Shown here: one piece after another, positions 1-13,583 of the stretch | Layout: each line of letters opens with the position of its first letter | How positions within the stretch are numbered: position 1 is the first letter of the stretch | Origin: Octopus sinensis | Lineage: Eukaryota | Reading direction: 5' to 3' | Assembly (NCBI RefSeq): GCF_006345805.1 | Contig: NC_043006.1 | Span: 33,604,001 to 33,668,000 of the forward strand | DNA length: 64,000 bases | The notes under the pieces: generated by a model | Database searches by the model: none | The model's input: the letters and a program-made list of their open reading frames with translations, nothing else | What the model was told of the DNA's origin: nothing | Translations under genes and position numbers: made by a program

Positions 1-232
1 TAAGAAAAAAAAATCATTTTTACTGAAATAGAGACATTAATTAGTTGGAATTATTTATCATAATTAATATTATTTTATTCAAAATGTAATAAATTTCTCT
101 GGAAAGCTGCAAAAAAGCATTAAAAGAAAGAAATGAAATATAAACAGAAAGAAAAATTAAATTATCTATCCATTAAAAAGTAAAAGAAAATGATTAATTT
201 CTGATGAATTTTTTTAGGAGGTAAAAATATTA

Positions 233-492
233 CAGTTCTATATTTAAGAGATGAGGAATTGTGTACATTATTTACATTTGACGGATATTTGTCCTCATCT
301 CATTTGTTGCTAACACAATGTTTTGGCTGATATACCCTCCAGCCTTCATCAGGTGTCCTGGGGGTAATTTCGAACCTGGGTTCTCATTCCTAAGCTATTT
401 TTTGATGTTATTATTATTATAATTTCTATTCAGGTCACTGCTTGGAATCGAACTCGGAATCTTGTGATTAGTAGCCCACCACTATGCCATAT
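233..492 (-). mobile_element. HHR-SINE family copy (ribozyme core CpG-decayed, GAAA to AAAA)
   Basis: Collinear with 62935-63208. Confidence 0.75.
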
Positions 493-1341
493 CAATTCAA
501 AGAAATGCTTAGCAGCAATTCTTCTGACATGTTCTGAGTTCAAATGTCACTGGGTCAACTTTGCCGTTCATCCTTTTTTTGGGGGGTGGAGTTCAATAAA
601 ATAAGGACCAGTCAAATCCACTTACCCCACCTCCTCCCTCGAAATTGCTGGCCTTGTGTCAAAATGTGAAACCATTATTTAGAATTATTAGCAAACTGGA
701 CAAAATGCTTAGTGGCAGTGGGTTTGTCGTTATGTTCTGAGTTCAAATCCTGCTGAGGTTGACTTTTCCCTTTCATCCTTTTGGAATTGATAAATGAAAT
801 TAAGCATTGGGGTTGATGTAATCGACAAGCCCCCAGCCCAACAAAATTTCAGGTCTTGTGCCTATAGTAGAAAGAATTATCATCATCATCATTATCACCA
901 CCACCATATTCATCATCATCATCATTAAAGGGGTGAGCTGGCAGAATGGTTAACATACCAGGCAAAATGCTTCATGGCATTTTGTCAATCTTTACATTCT
1001 GCGTTCAAATCCCAACAAGGCTGATTTTGCTTTTCTTCGTTTTGGGGTCAATAAATTAAGTATCAATGAGCCCCATCACCCAAAATTTCAGGCCTTATAT
1101 CCAAATTTGAAATCAACATTATTATTTATTTCAGATACTAAAATCCCTTTATAATGGCATCAATAATTTATAGATCATCTGTAAATATTGATTAGTTGTT
1201 TGGAAAATAGGTATATGATGATGATGGTGATGGTGATGAATGATCATTGTTGACCAGGGCTATACAATAAAATCAACTAAAGAGGGAGGAAAGGCCATGA
1301 TTTTGAACTCAGAATGAAGAGGGTCAGAGCTAAATACTTAC

Positions 1342-1588
1342 AGAAATGTTGAAGAGTATAATGTTGTGTGATATGGAAGAGTTGAATTCTTTGTAGTGAA
1401 AAAGCTACCTGTGATGGACCAGCATCATATTGAGAAGGAGATCCATCTCTTACCGACAAAATGCTATGGAAACTGGGATGAAGATAAAATCCGAATTTCC
1501 TTGCAACGGAAAATTGATGCTGAGCTTTTTCTGATCTCATTAACACAGCTACATGCTCACAGACGTTCTCTCTTAGACACAAACAATT
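1342..1588 (-). CDS. Candidate downstream exon NCLCLRENVCEHVAVLMRSEK...LQHF (phase 0 start, phase 1 end)
   Basis: Acceptor ttatttattttgtttgtctAG (1590-1589) and donor TTTCT|GTAAGT (GT 1341-1340); 82 open codons. Alternative phase-0 donor TCG|GTAAGA at 1453. No recognisable homology. Confidence 0.3.
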
Positions 1589-2095
1589 CTAGACAAACAA
1601 AATAAATAACTAATAACCCTTTCTTATTTTGACACAAGGCCAGCAATTCGGGGAGTGGGGGAGAAAGTTGATTACCTCAAAACTGGTCCTTCTTTTAGAA
1701 ACCCTGAAAGGATGAAAAGCAAAGTCAACTTTGGTGGAATTTGAACTCAGAACTTAAAGGCAGACCAAATGCTTAGCAGCATCTTGTCCAACAAGTTAAT
1801 GAGTCAGCCAGCTCATTAGGTTAAATAAACTACTAAGAATACAAACAAATAAGCAGAAAAGAGTGAAAGAAACAAACAGTAAGACTATCACCCGCACACA
1901 CACACACTTGTGCACACACACGCACATGTGCACACACCTACACACCAGCACACACACGCATACGTGCACACACAGACACATATATACACACACACACGTT
2001 GCTCTTATTAGCACATACATAAAATTTCTCTCTCTCTTCTTAGATAACATACCGGTCTCTTCGCAAAGCACACACATACACATATCTACATGTAT

Positions 2096-2131
<36 letters not shown>

Positions 2132-3050
2132 TGCATGCATGTATGTAATTCTATGCAAAATAAATATATCATAAATCTGAAAAACAAACAATGTAAGAAA
2201 TAAAACAGAAAAAAAAGTCAAACAAAAATCCCAAACTCAGGTTTTTAAATGCACCCTACCCACCTCTGCCCACCTCTTGACTAAAATTATCTTGCAGCAT
2301 TTAATAATATTGACAAGAGGCCAAAATAGCATATGGACAACAACAATAATGATGATGATGATAATGATGATGATGATGATGATGATGATTGTAAATATGT
2401 TGAAAAAATAACGTTAATAATATTGTCAGTGCTAATGAGAACAACAACAATAATAATTATAATTTCTAATGATATTAATAAAAAATAAAGCACAATAGAC
2501 CAACGAATAGCCAGGAATAGGATTCATTTATATTCAATGAAGGACACGTTTTTTTGTTTTTTGTTTCAGTTCTTTTGTTGGGTTGACGAACGTGGAGTTA
2601 TTTTCTCTTTTGATTTATTTATTTATATAGTTTCCTTTTCATAAATGTCCATAAAATTCTATGGTAATCCTAAAAATTCATTTCTTTTCTTTGTTTTTTT
2701 TTGTCTTCTTTTTATGGAGTTTTTGTTTTGCACAATAAAAACCCAATCGACTCAATCGATATCTGTAGTTTTATGGTACCCCATGGCCTTAGGATTCAGT
2801 TTTGATAACATAATCAATAAAAAGTAAATAAATAAAAAATAAAATAGATAAATAATGTTTAAACAGCAACTGCTAATGTGGTGCTGGATTAACTTGGTAA
2901 GATTTTGCCTTTGTCTAATATAGTGGTTGTGGTGGTGGTGGTGGTGGTTGCGGAGGAGAGAGAGGACCCCTGTTTCACATGGGGATTTCATTTGCATTCA
3001 ACCCATGTCAGTATGGAATGTGGATGTTGATGATGGTGACAACAATGATT

Positions 3051-3096
<46 letters not shown>

Positions 3097-3543
3097 GGAG
3101 GAGGAGGAGGAGGAGGAGGAGGAAGATTCGAAGTTGAAACCACCTACTGATAACATCTCCAAAGAACCCATCTTTTACATGTTTCAGTCATTGTACTGTG
3201 GCCATGCTGGAGCACTGCCTTGAAGAATTTTCAGTCAAACGAATTGATCCCCAGTACTTTTATTATTAAAGCCTAGTACTCTTTAGCTGAACTGCTAAGT
3301 ATTAGGGACATAAACACACCAACACTGGTTTGTCAAGTGGTGGTGGGGGTGGCGACAAATGCAGACACAAAGACACACATATACGTGTGTGTGTGAATTC
3401 AGGTGAACATGGACAACAGAAGCTAGAGACTGGCCCTGCCACAGTCTTTCGCAAACAAGACATTTGTACTACAGAGCCAGGAATGGTTTCAGCCAGATTG
3501 GTATCAAAAGAGTTAAAAATAGTTTCTCTATTATATATTTTAA

Positions 3544-3764
3544 CCCTTTTGTTACCATATTTCTGTTGAGATGTTCTGTGTTTCTTTCAATTAATTTTAA
3601 ATATAACAAAGAATTTAGTAAAATAACTGAGTTATCATTCAGTCAGTGTTAGGAACCAAAATTGTAACTAAGGTTTGGTGGAAGATTTTAATTCAAAACT
3701 TATGTAAACAAAACATTTGTACTCAGAACCAGAAGTGGTTTCTGCTGGATTGATAACGAAAGGG
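3544..3764. mobile_element. piggyBac-like MITE
   Basis: TTAA at 3540-3543 and 3765-3768; TIR cccttttgttacca / tgataacgaaaggg (12/14 match). Confidence 0.7.
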
Positions 3765-3989
3765 TTAATTAGAAAGTTCCAAACAAGGTGAGAAGCTGCT
3801 TAGTGTAAGGGACTATAAAGAAAGAGAAGTTAAGATGAAAGGAATGAATTTACTTTAGACTTGAAAGAGTTCAGGTCATAAGAAGGGGGAGAATAATGAG
3901 ATGGAAGAGAGTTCCAAAGTCTGGCAGTTCAAGTAGAAAAGCCACAACCTTAGAAAGACTTCCTTATTATTGGAAGTATAAGAGTATTT

Positions 3990-4290
3990 GGATGATGACA
4001 CTGTAAGTTGCAAATCAGGTGAGATGGCACAAAGTGATCTGGAACTGTCTGGCACCCGTGGACATATTTGCAAAGTAAGAAAACAGCACAGCTCCCATGA
4101 CTTCAGGAAACATTTTTTCATGCTGAGGGTTGCTGAAGCGTGGAGCAAACTGATACACTTGATACACACACAAGCACGTTCACTTTCCAGACATTTCTAC
4201 ACTGCTGCATGTACTTTATATGCACTTTCTGACAAGTTGTGGTGCACCTGAGCACTGTATACAATAATTTCATTATTATTATTAAATAGA
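3990..4290 (+). mobile_element. CR1/L2-type LINE 3' end fragment
   Basis: Translation TRGHICKVRKQHSSHDFRKHFFMLRVAEAWSKL matches the conserved CR1/L2 ORF2 C-terminus; ends in an (ATT)n tail. Confidence 0.75.
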
Positions 4291-4429
4291 GAAAGTTCAT
4301 CAGAATACAGTAATCACTTGCCATATTGCGATTTACCTATTGCACACACAGTCCATCACGGATTTTCCTGGATAATACACATAAAGTTATGTCACAGACT
4401 CCTCAGTATATCGCGGGTTTCTGCGACCT

Positions 4430-4595
4430 ACGACGATGACAACAACAACATCGAAAAATACCTTAGGAATGAGAACCCAGGTTCAAAATTTCCCCAAGGC
4501 ACATGATGAAGGCAAGAAGAGTATATCAGCCAAAATGTTATGTTAACAACAAACAAGATGAGGACAAATATTCACCAAATGTAAATAATGTACCA
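4430..4595 (+). mobile_element. HHR-SINE family, headless degraded copy
   Basis: aaaaataccttaggaatgagaacccaggttc...gaggacaaatatt...aaatgtaaataatgt matches the family 3' half. Confidence 0.7.
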
Positions 4596-4764
4596 CTATT
4601 TGGTAGCTTAACTATTTTGGAGATGTGCAAACATAAACACACACACACACATCTGACGAGATTTTGTTTCTGTCTAAAACATGCCAGCATCAAAAGCAGA
4701 TAGTAAATGATGGCTGTGTGTGTATGTGTGTGTGTATGTATGTATGTATGTATATATGCATGTA

Positions 4765-4873
<109 letters not shown>

Positions 4874-5339
4874 ATATATATATATATGGATGTATATATA
4901 TATAATGAATGTATAAATAGATAATACATTATACATACACACACGGCCGTAATAAATTGACACCTGTACCTCTTTGTTAGTCATACACACGCACACACAC
5001 ACACACAATGAACTTCTTTCAGTTTCTGTCTATCAATTTCACACATAACACTTTGGTTAATATAAAATAACAATTCTCACCACCACCACAACCACCACAT
5101 CACCATTCCATCTACCAACACCCCACCCCACCACTCACACTTCACTTCACATTGATCCTTTGAGGGTTTTTGCTAGCTTTTTTGTAAATGTCTCATAAAT
5201 TATTATAAAGACTTCTCCATATATCTTGGCATAGCTTGGAAACCATGACAGTCAATGAGAAATTATTATTGTTTGTTTTTATTGATGAACTTATCACTAT
5301 TATTTCTTTCTATTTATTTCATTATCATTATTATTATTA

Positions 5340-5830
5340 TCACAAAGGACGGATCCAGCAACCAGCTGACTCAGCTGTGAAGATCAACCCACTACCTTCC
5401 TTTGGCAGTGAAGAACAGTTAATCTTCCTCTGCCTGGTGGCTATGGCCAAGGAAGCTGTGTGGTGGATGCAGCCAGAAGAGGGGTTTAACCCCTTAGTAT
5501 TCAAACCAGCCATATCCGGCATAAATAGTCAGCTTGTTTTATGTTCAAATTGGCCAGATATGGTCTTCCATACCTACCCTAAAAATAAACAGCTACGAGA
5601 TAATGCATGATTAATTCAAAACAAATCTGAATAAATGAGTGTGACATTTGATAGAGTAATGTGAATGGAGTTAAGGAAAAGACTTCTTCCATCTGACCCA
5701 TCCATCCTCAACTGCTTCAAGTCCCAGTTGAAGGCAAGAGTGGGGACACAGCTGTTGCCCCCATGTATGTTTTATGTTAGGGAAAAAAGTGGGGTTAGAC
5801 TGATGAAGCTAACTGGGCCTGTTCTGATTA
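5340..5830 (+). mobile_element. Degraded L1/Tx1-like LINE C-terminal fragment, interrupted by a small insertion
   Basis: FLCLVAMAKEAVWW motif resembles Tx1-clade ORF2 C-termini. Confidence 0.45.
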
Positions 5831-6358
5831 TTTGATTATATAAAACAGAAAAAAAACAGGGAGGGGATATCTTTGAGACGTTGGATATGGCAGAATAATC
5901 CAAGACACTGAGTGGAGTTTTCATTCAAATTACCCAAACTACTTCCCCACTCCCCTATTGTTGATTTTTTTTGTTATTTATTAATTTTGTTATCTTTTTA
6001 CTTGATGTAAACTTCCACTGTATTCAATTTCAATTCTTGGACTGCCCTCAATGTCTTAGACTCTTAAAGTTGTGGCAGATTGGCATGGACAAAATTCCTT
6101 GCAGTATTTCTGCAAACTCTTCATGTTCTAAGTTCAAATTCTGCCAAGGCTAACTTTACCTATCATCTTTTCAGCATTGATAAAAATAAAGAACTATTTC
6201 AAGTACAAGGATTGATGGCACAGACTCACTCTCCTTAAAACTGCTGGCCTTCTGCCTAAATCAAAAGCCATTATTATTATTATTATTATATTATTATTAT
6301 TATTATTATTATTATCATCATCATCATTATCAATAATTATTATTATTATTAATAATAA

Positions 6359-6597
6359 GGCGGTGAGCTGGCAGAATCGTTAGTATGCTGGGTGAAATAC
6401 TTAGCAGTATTTTGTCTGCCACTACGTTCTGAGTTCAAACTCCACCAAGGTTAACTTTGCCTTTCATCCCTTCGAGGTTGATAAATTAAGTACCAGTGAA
6501 ACACTGGGGTTGATCTAATCGACTAATCCCCTCTCCACAAATTCGAGGCCTTGTGCTTCTAGTAAAAAGGATTATTATTATTATTATTATTATTATT
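6359..6597 (+). mobile_element. tRNA-derived SINE family A (representative full copy)
   Basis: ggcggtgagctggcagaa head, gagttcaaa B box, tgcctttcatcc.ttcgggg core, (ATT)n tail. Many copies occur, e.g. ~500-1110, 16850-18215, 24085-25085, 47380-47585, 48000-48200, 59300-59515. Confidence 0.85.
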
Positions 6598-7834
6598 GGA
6601 GCAAATACAAATCCATTTGCATATAGAGTGCTTTAAAGTGAACTTTGGTTGATCAACAGAGAGAAATGGGTGAGAAAACATGTAAATAATATGCACATAT
6701 CCACTGAAAGACACACACATACACATAGAAAGAGAGAGAGAGAGAGCTAATTAGAAGCTGACATAGATGTGTAATAGAGATTGATGGCAAGGAGATGACA
6801 CAAATATGAAACTCCGGGGGGATTTTTGCTATTGAAATATTAAAGACTATTGATATTTCTGATGCAAACACACATTGAAATTCACCAAAAGCATGTGCAT
6901 GCATGTTAGTAAAGACAAAAAAACTAAAGACTCTGGATGAAAGACTTTCAGTACAGGACATATGGACATGTGTGCGTGTGTCTTTTATCATTTACTTGTT
7001 TCAGTCATTAGGTTGTGGCCATGCTGGGGCAACATCTTGATGAAGTTTTAGTTGAATGAATTAGGCCCAGTTTGTTTATTCTATTTCTTTTTAAGCCTGG
7101 TACTTAATCTATCGGTGTGTTTTGCTGAATCACTATGTTGCAAGGAAGTAAGCACACCGACAGTAAGTTGTAAAGCTGTGGTGGAGGGACAAACACAGAC
7201 ACACTGACACACACACACATCTATATCTATGTATACTGAACTACAAAAGAAATGTCACGCTGTAAAAGATTATTTCTTTCACACACGCATTGAGATTACT
7301 GTATTTGATGGCCTATAAGACACACGAGCGCATAGGATGCAGCCTAGCCTTGGCCATACTTTTCTCAGGAGTGGCTGTGTGGCTGTGGGACGAAATCTAA
7401 AGAAGGATAACTGACATCTGTCCAAGGCGAAAAACTGTGGCACAACTCAGTGCAAGTTTTAACAGGGTGGGCTGCTACCCCGATGGCCTTCATCAATCGT
7501 TTGGTGCATCCAATGTACAGAAGATGCCTGGTGGTAATCAACACTAACGGCGGTCACATGGGATATTGAGTTCATCTCTTTGGCTCCAGAACACTCCGTC
7601 ATCATGTGACACCATGTGATGTCAAGCATGTTTCAGGAAATGATGTTTTATCAATAGGAAAGAACGGTTTCTTAATTAGCAAGCTTCAATCAATACTATG
7701 ATAGTTTGTTAATAAACCAGTTTCTGTTAAATGTGTGTGCAATGTTTCTTTTGTAGTTCAGTTTATATATATGTATATAATATGTATATATATATATATA
7801 TATATATATCCCCTATATTTCTGCACCCCCCCCC

Positions 7835-8077
7835 CATAAAAAGCACCATCCGAACGTGGCCGATGCCAGACCCCTCTGGCACCTGTGCAGGTGGCACGTA
7901 AAAAACACCCACTACACTCGCGGAGTGGTTGGCGTTAGGAAGGGCATCCAGCTGTAGAAACACTGCCAGACTAGACTGGAGCCTGGGGCAGTCCCGAGCT
8001 CCCCAGATCCCGGTCGAAACCGTCCAACCCGTGCTAGTGCGGAAAACGGACGTTAAATGATGATGATGATGATGATG
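7835..8077 (+). mobile_element. Young RTE-tailed SINE-like 3' fragment without VNTR expansion
   Basis: CpG-rich; ends ccgtccaacccgtgctag...ggacgttaaa(tga)n. Older copies at ~9050-9280, 28000-28250, 38530-38870, 40750-41075, 43690-43985, 46145-46405, 47620-47950. Confidence 0.8.
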
Positions 8078-8269
8078 CCATATAGGGAGAATTCACGAAA
8101 AAAACAAAAGACGAAGACAGGTGGTGTAGAAAACAAACAGATGTATTTGTATAAAGCTCAGGAATTGAAAAAGTCTTTAACATTTCGAGCCTAGGCTCTT
8201 CCACAGAAAGGAACACAGAAAGAAACAAGGGGAGAAAAAAATGTGTGTAGTGGCTACCGATAAGTAAAT

Positions 8270-8619
8270 TAGGGATAAGCAAATTAGACAGATCAATATT
8301 TAATATATATTAAATACATGAAATACAAAAAATGAGTATATGTGAACTTCTCTCCTTCAACATCTTAAATGTAAGATCTCTCTGAAGATGGAGGCTTGTC
8401 TCATCCCATGATGGAATCACTCTACAAACATTACTATGGACCACCGAGCCCCCAGAAACAGCTGATGGATTTGTGATACTTTTTCTCCACCCCTTTAATT
8501 CTCTATATCATTTGTACCCTGTGTAAGTCGGAGCTTTTTATATGCCTACATATATACATTTTTTGTATTTCATGTATTAATACACTTTATATAATGATCA
8601 GTCCAACTTATTATCCCTA
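8270..8619. mobile_element. Foldback element with ~75-bp imperfect terminal inverted repeats
   Basis: tagggataa...aatacatgaaatacaaaaaatg at the left end is the reverse complement of cattttttgtatttcatgtatt...ttatcccta at the right end. Confidence 0.7.
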
Positions 8620-8850
8620 CGTTTATTTCTAAACCCGTTCAAGTTTAAATCTCTTGTGCACTACAAAGTGTATTCCATATGAAGAATATGTGAATCTCAT
8701 CTATGAACTATATATATATATATAATTTCAATATGGAACAAATAATTCATGAGAAAAATAATTCGCGAAGATACTATTGACTCTGTTATTATCTAGTGTA
8801 ACAATTTAAAAATGATAATAAAATCAATAATATAATTCTCAAGCACAGCA

Positions 8851-8919
<69 letters not shown>

Positions 8920-9994
8920 AACTGATAAGTGTTAATGCACAAAGCTTTTGGTCCTTCAATTTATTCTGCTAAATATTAATAAAATATATATACTTGTGTT
9001 TTGAGTTGTATTCTTGTTTGCATCGCCAAAGATATGTATATATCATTCTCACCATCATTTACTGTCTGCTTTCCATGCTGGCATGGGTTGGACGGTTGGA
9101 GCTGTCCAGACTCTAATTGTCTGTTTTGGCAAGGTTTCTATGAATGGATGCCCTTCCTAATGCCAACCAACTTACAGAGTGTGCCGGGTGCTTTTGTATA
9201 TGCCACTGGCATGGGTGGATTTATGCAGCACCTGCACAAGTGTACTTCACATGGCACTAGCATGAATGCATTTTATGTGTTATAAAACTATTCCACATAT
9301 ACAATAACAGCCATATCAACAATCCAACATACCCCCATTATCAGCTGCCCCACAGATATCATGATGGTTTCGACACCATATACATATATATATAGATATA
9401 TTATCAAGTACATGCCAGCATGAAAGAATGCATTTAAAAAATAATGATTAACATACATAAATATGTTTGTATGTATGTGCATACATAATGACAAGAGATG
9501 TAGAAATCAACAACAGAACTGAAACTGAGCCCTATCAAAAACAAAAAACGTGGAGCATCATTTTAAATATGTGTGTGTGTGTGGGATTTGTTCCAGACCT
9601 ATAGTACAGACAATCTCATGTTGTTTTAGTCCTAAGTAATGCTGCAAACTCGCTGTGTGGCTCATTAGAAACATGTCACCAATACCACAATTGTTCACTA
9701 AATCTGAGACAGAATAATTGAATAAATACATGCATGCTTTCAGAATATATCAGCTTTACAGAGATTATCTTAATCTTATCTCTAATTAAATTGATGATCT
9801 TGTACATGCCTAGATCTCCTTCAGCTAATGGCATCTTTGTCACCTTCTCTCTCTCCTTCCTTTTTGTGTCTCTCCTCACCCAATTCCCTCCATCTTCTCT
9901 CCCAAAACACACACACACACACATTCAAAATTCCTTCAGGTTTCATGGGTATCAGTTTGTTGAAACCTGAAATTTCAATGTTTACCTTCTTCCA

Positions 9995-10215
9995 CTTTGA
10001 TTTAATGCCTGTTATCCACGCTGGCATGGGTTGGGCAGTTTGACTGGGCTGGCATGCCAAAGGTCTTGGTCACTAGTCATTGCCTCTGTGAGGCCCAAAG
10101 TTCGAAGGTCATGCTTCACCACCTCATTCCATGTCTTCCTGGGTCTACCTCTACCACAGTTTCTCTCCACAGTTAGAGATTGATACTTCTTTACACAGCT
10201 GTCCATCTCCATACA
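9995..10215 (-). mobile_element. RTE-clade LINE 3' end
   Basis: GRGRPRKTWNEVVKHDL...MTSDQDLW is the RTE ORF end. It is followed directly by the ccaacccatgccagc tail shared with many SINE copies in the window. Confidence 0.8.
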
Positions 10216-11207
10216 CATCACATCACCACATCAGCACAGTCTTCTCTCCTGCACACCACATCTGATGCCTCTTATGTTCAACTTTTCTCTCAAGATTCTT
10301 ACACCCTGTTGTGCATTTTTAGTCAAATGATTCAACTCTACCACTTATTTTTATTCAAAGTCTGGTACTTATTCTATCGATCTCTCTTGCTGAATCACTA
10401 AGTTATGAGGATGTAAACATACTAATACCAGTTATCAAACCATGTGTTTGTGTCACACACACACATACACATTATAAGCTTCTTTCAGTTTCCGTCTACC
10501 AAATCCACTCACAAGGTTTTTGCAGGTCCAAAGCTATAGTAGAAGACACTTGCCCAAGGTGCCACACAGTGGGACTGAACCTGGAACGATGGGGTTGAGA
10601 AGCAAGCTTCTTACCACACAGCCATGCTGGCATTTATTATAACCTTTTATATAAATTATATATACATACACACACACACACACTTTCTTTGAGCATTAAT
10701 ATATATTTTAAGCTCTTTATTTCACACAACAGCAAGGACCTTCACTTAACTGAAGAAATATCTTTCACCTAATCCCAGTCAATTAGACATTTCTGTTGAT
10801 CAGCTCATCAGAAGACTTCACACACACACACACAATTCCTCTACCTGTAACAGCTCAGCAGCATTAACAAGCTTAACTTATGATGCAATCTCTCCTTCCT
10901 GCCTTCCTTCTTTCATTCTTGCTTTTCTTGTTTACCTTTGTTGTATTCTTCTTTTTATTATTCTAGATATTGTATATTATTTTACTAATTGGTTTCTGTA
11001 ATATAATAATGCTCTGCATTTAGCTCTTAAGTCGTCTCTACATTACATGGAACCTGCAGCAATTGTTGAATGTCTGTTGAATTATTTCCGATGAATTATT
11101 TATTTCATTATATATCTATATTTAATTTGTTGGTTTTTGCTCTACAAGCATTGGCTGTGAACACAAATAGATGTTATCTAACTATCTTAGCAATTCTCTT
11201 GGCTTCA

Positions 11208-11210
11208 TGT

Positions 11211-11246
<36 letters not shown>

Positions 11247-11413
11247 ATGTGTGTGTGTGTGCATGTGTATGTGTGTGTGCATAAATACACACACATATAT
11301 ATACATATATACATACAATCACACACATACATATACATATGTGTATATATACAGATACACACACAATTACACATAGATGCATACAGATAGATAGATAGAT
11401 AGATAGATAGACA

Positions 11414-11451
<38 letters not shown>

Positions 11452-11675
11452 TGTGTATATACACAGATACACAATTGCACATATATACATACAGACAGAT
11501 AGATAGATAGATAGATTGATTGATATAGATAGACAGACAGATAGATATAGATTGATAAAGATAGATATAGATAGATAGATAGATAGACAGACAGATAGAT
11601 AGATAGATATAGCTCCTATCACTCTTCCTATTTAACTCTCTCTCTCTTTCTATCTCTCTCTCACACACACACATA
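11208..11675. repeat. Compound (TG)n-(CA/TA)n-(GATA)n-(GA)n microsatellite
   Basis: Seen directly. Confidence 0.9.
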
Positions 11676-12605
11676 TTTGTGTTTCTAGATAATTCTCAAA
11701 AAACCCATAAATTAAAGAAAGCTAGCAGAGCAGCTATTGTGAACGTAAGACTCATTTTTCATTTGGAAAAGAGAGATAGACTTGAAAGTTACAGAGAATC
11801 TATGCAACCTTAGGACTGAAAAGATTGTGGCAAGGCTGATTAATCATGTTGGTGAAGAAAGGGAACTGGTCCCTTATTGTAAGAAAAATGCTTTGAAAAG
11901 GTGAGAGATTTTATTAAATGAAATGAATAACTGAATAAGATTTTGGTTCCTGGGTTTTGCAGATTTTATAGACTAAACAATGCTGCCCTCTGCCAATGAT
12001 ATTGTTGAATTTGTAAGGAAGTAAATTATCAATATATTTGATGGAGGAAAAGTTACATATAAAAGACTGATTCCTGTGATGAGGAAGAGAAAATGTAAAA
12101 TTGTTTGACTGTCTCGAAACAGCCCTAACTTTGGTATAGCACCCTCCTGCCATGCATACATTATCATCAACACCATCGTCATCATAACATCAACTTTTCC
12201 CAGCTGGAATTTGTTGAGGTGGATTTTCTACAGCCAGATTCCCTTTCTTTTGCCAATCCTCGACTGTTTCCAAGCAATGTGATATTTGCTCTGTGATCAG
12301 ACATGTTTTCATGGCAGATTGGAAACGAAGGACACCACTTGTATGAGAGTGACACTCGTTTACAGCAATCATGTAAGATTGAAGAAAAGACACAGAAACA
12401 CACACACATAGAGGTCGTGGACAAGACTTTAAACTGCATCTGGTAGTGGGGCCTTGGTGGAGTTCCAGGGTCTTGAGGAATGTGGAACCATCTCTTAGCT
12501 ACAATTGTTCCCAGGTCTATTCTGCCAGGGTCCCAGCTATGAATTAACTAGTAAGTGTACCACCTGCTTCAAACCCAGACCATGTCTGATCCAATAATTA
12601 GTGAT

Positions 12606-12722
12606 GACCCAGGTTCAAAATTTCCCCAAGACACCTGATGAAGGCTGGAGGGTAAATCAGTGAAACGTTGTGTTAACAACAAAGAAGATGAGGACAAATA
12701 TCTGTCAAATGTAAATAATGTA
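12606..12722 (+). mobile_element. HHR-SINE family, 3' fragment
   Basis: gacacCTGATGAaggctg...cagtGAAAcgttgtgtt retains the ACGU palindrome and stem I; stem II is damaged. Confidence 0.7.
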
Positions 12723-13316
12723 AATGATTATGTCTCCTGCAATATCTTCCAGGCAATGTCCAGCTTATTTTGACCCATGCCATGTCATATTTTCCTTTTT
12801 GAACCCCTTTCATCCCTGCAGCCATTTTAACAAACCAATGCAGCAAAAGAGTCATCAACGTTGTGTACATTGAAGGTTTCTGATATTAAAAACTTTCTCC
12901 TTAACTTTCATATCCTCCACATATTTAATTCAGATAAATTTGTGATACACAGGCATCATCATCATCATCATCATCATCATAATATATTCTAGTAATTATT
13001 TTTTATCCTACTATTTTTAAGATGAACATCACTCATCATTTATCATCATCAAAATCAAAGTTGATTGCTGTTGAGTGAGAGGAGGCAAATTCATAGTCAC
13101 ACACACACATATATATATATATTTATTGATGTATGTATATATATTTATATATTCATATATATATTTTATTTTATCTTTGTTGTTTCAGCTCAGAGCTGTG
13201 GCCATATCTTTACACACACACACACATCTATATATTCATATATATATATATATATATATTACGGAGATGTACTCGCATAGCAAGTAATTTGATCTGAGAT
13301 CGTGTGCTGAAACGAA

Positions 13317-13583
13317 AACAATTGCCGTGTGGAAGGTGTTTGTAAGCCATTTAAGAAACACACAAAAGCCGTTCGATTCACTTCAACATTTAAGTTTAAT
13401 TTGTCAAAATATTTTCGTCGCTAAAATCCGCGACCTGTTCACTGACGGATTTTTGTCAGTGAACAGGTCGCGGATTTTAGCGACGAAAATATTTTGACAA
13501 ATTAAACTTAAATGTTGAAGTGAATCGAACGGCTTTTGTGTGTTTCTTAAATGGCTTACAACACCTTCCACGCTGCAATTGTT
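13317..13583. repeat. Near-perfect foldback palindrome (~119-bp core arms, 8-nt loop)
   Basis: Arms ~13328-13446 and 13455-13571 are reverse complements except for one indel; loop ggattttt; embedded between (TA)n runs. Confidence 0.95.

Noticed and set aside
1396-1605. Plus-strand 69-aa ORF
   Set aside because: Non-ATG start, no homology recognised, and antisense to a better-supported minus-strand exon candidate.
11914-12153. Minus ORF containing IGRGQHCLVYK, like a kinase Gly-loop
   Set aside because: The third Gly is missing, no VAIK or other kinase motifs follow, and there is no supporting splice structure.
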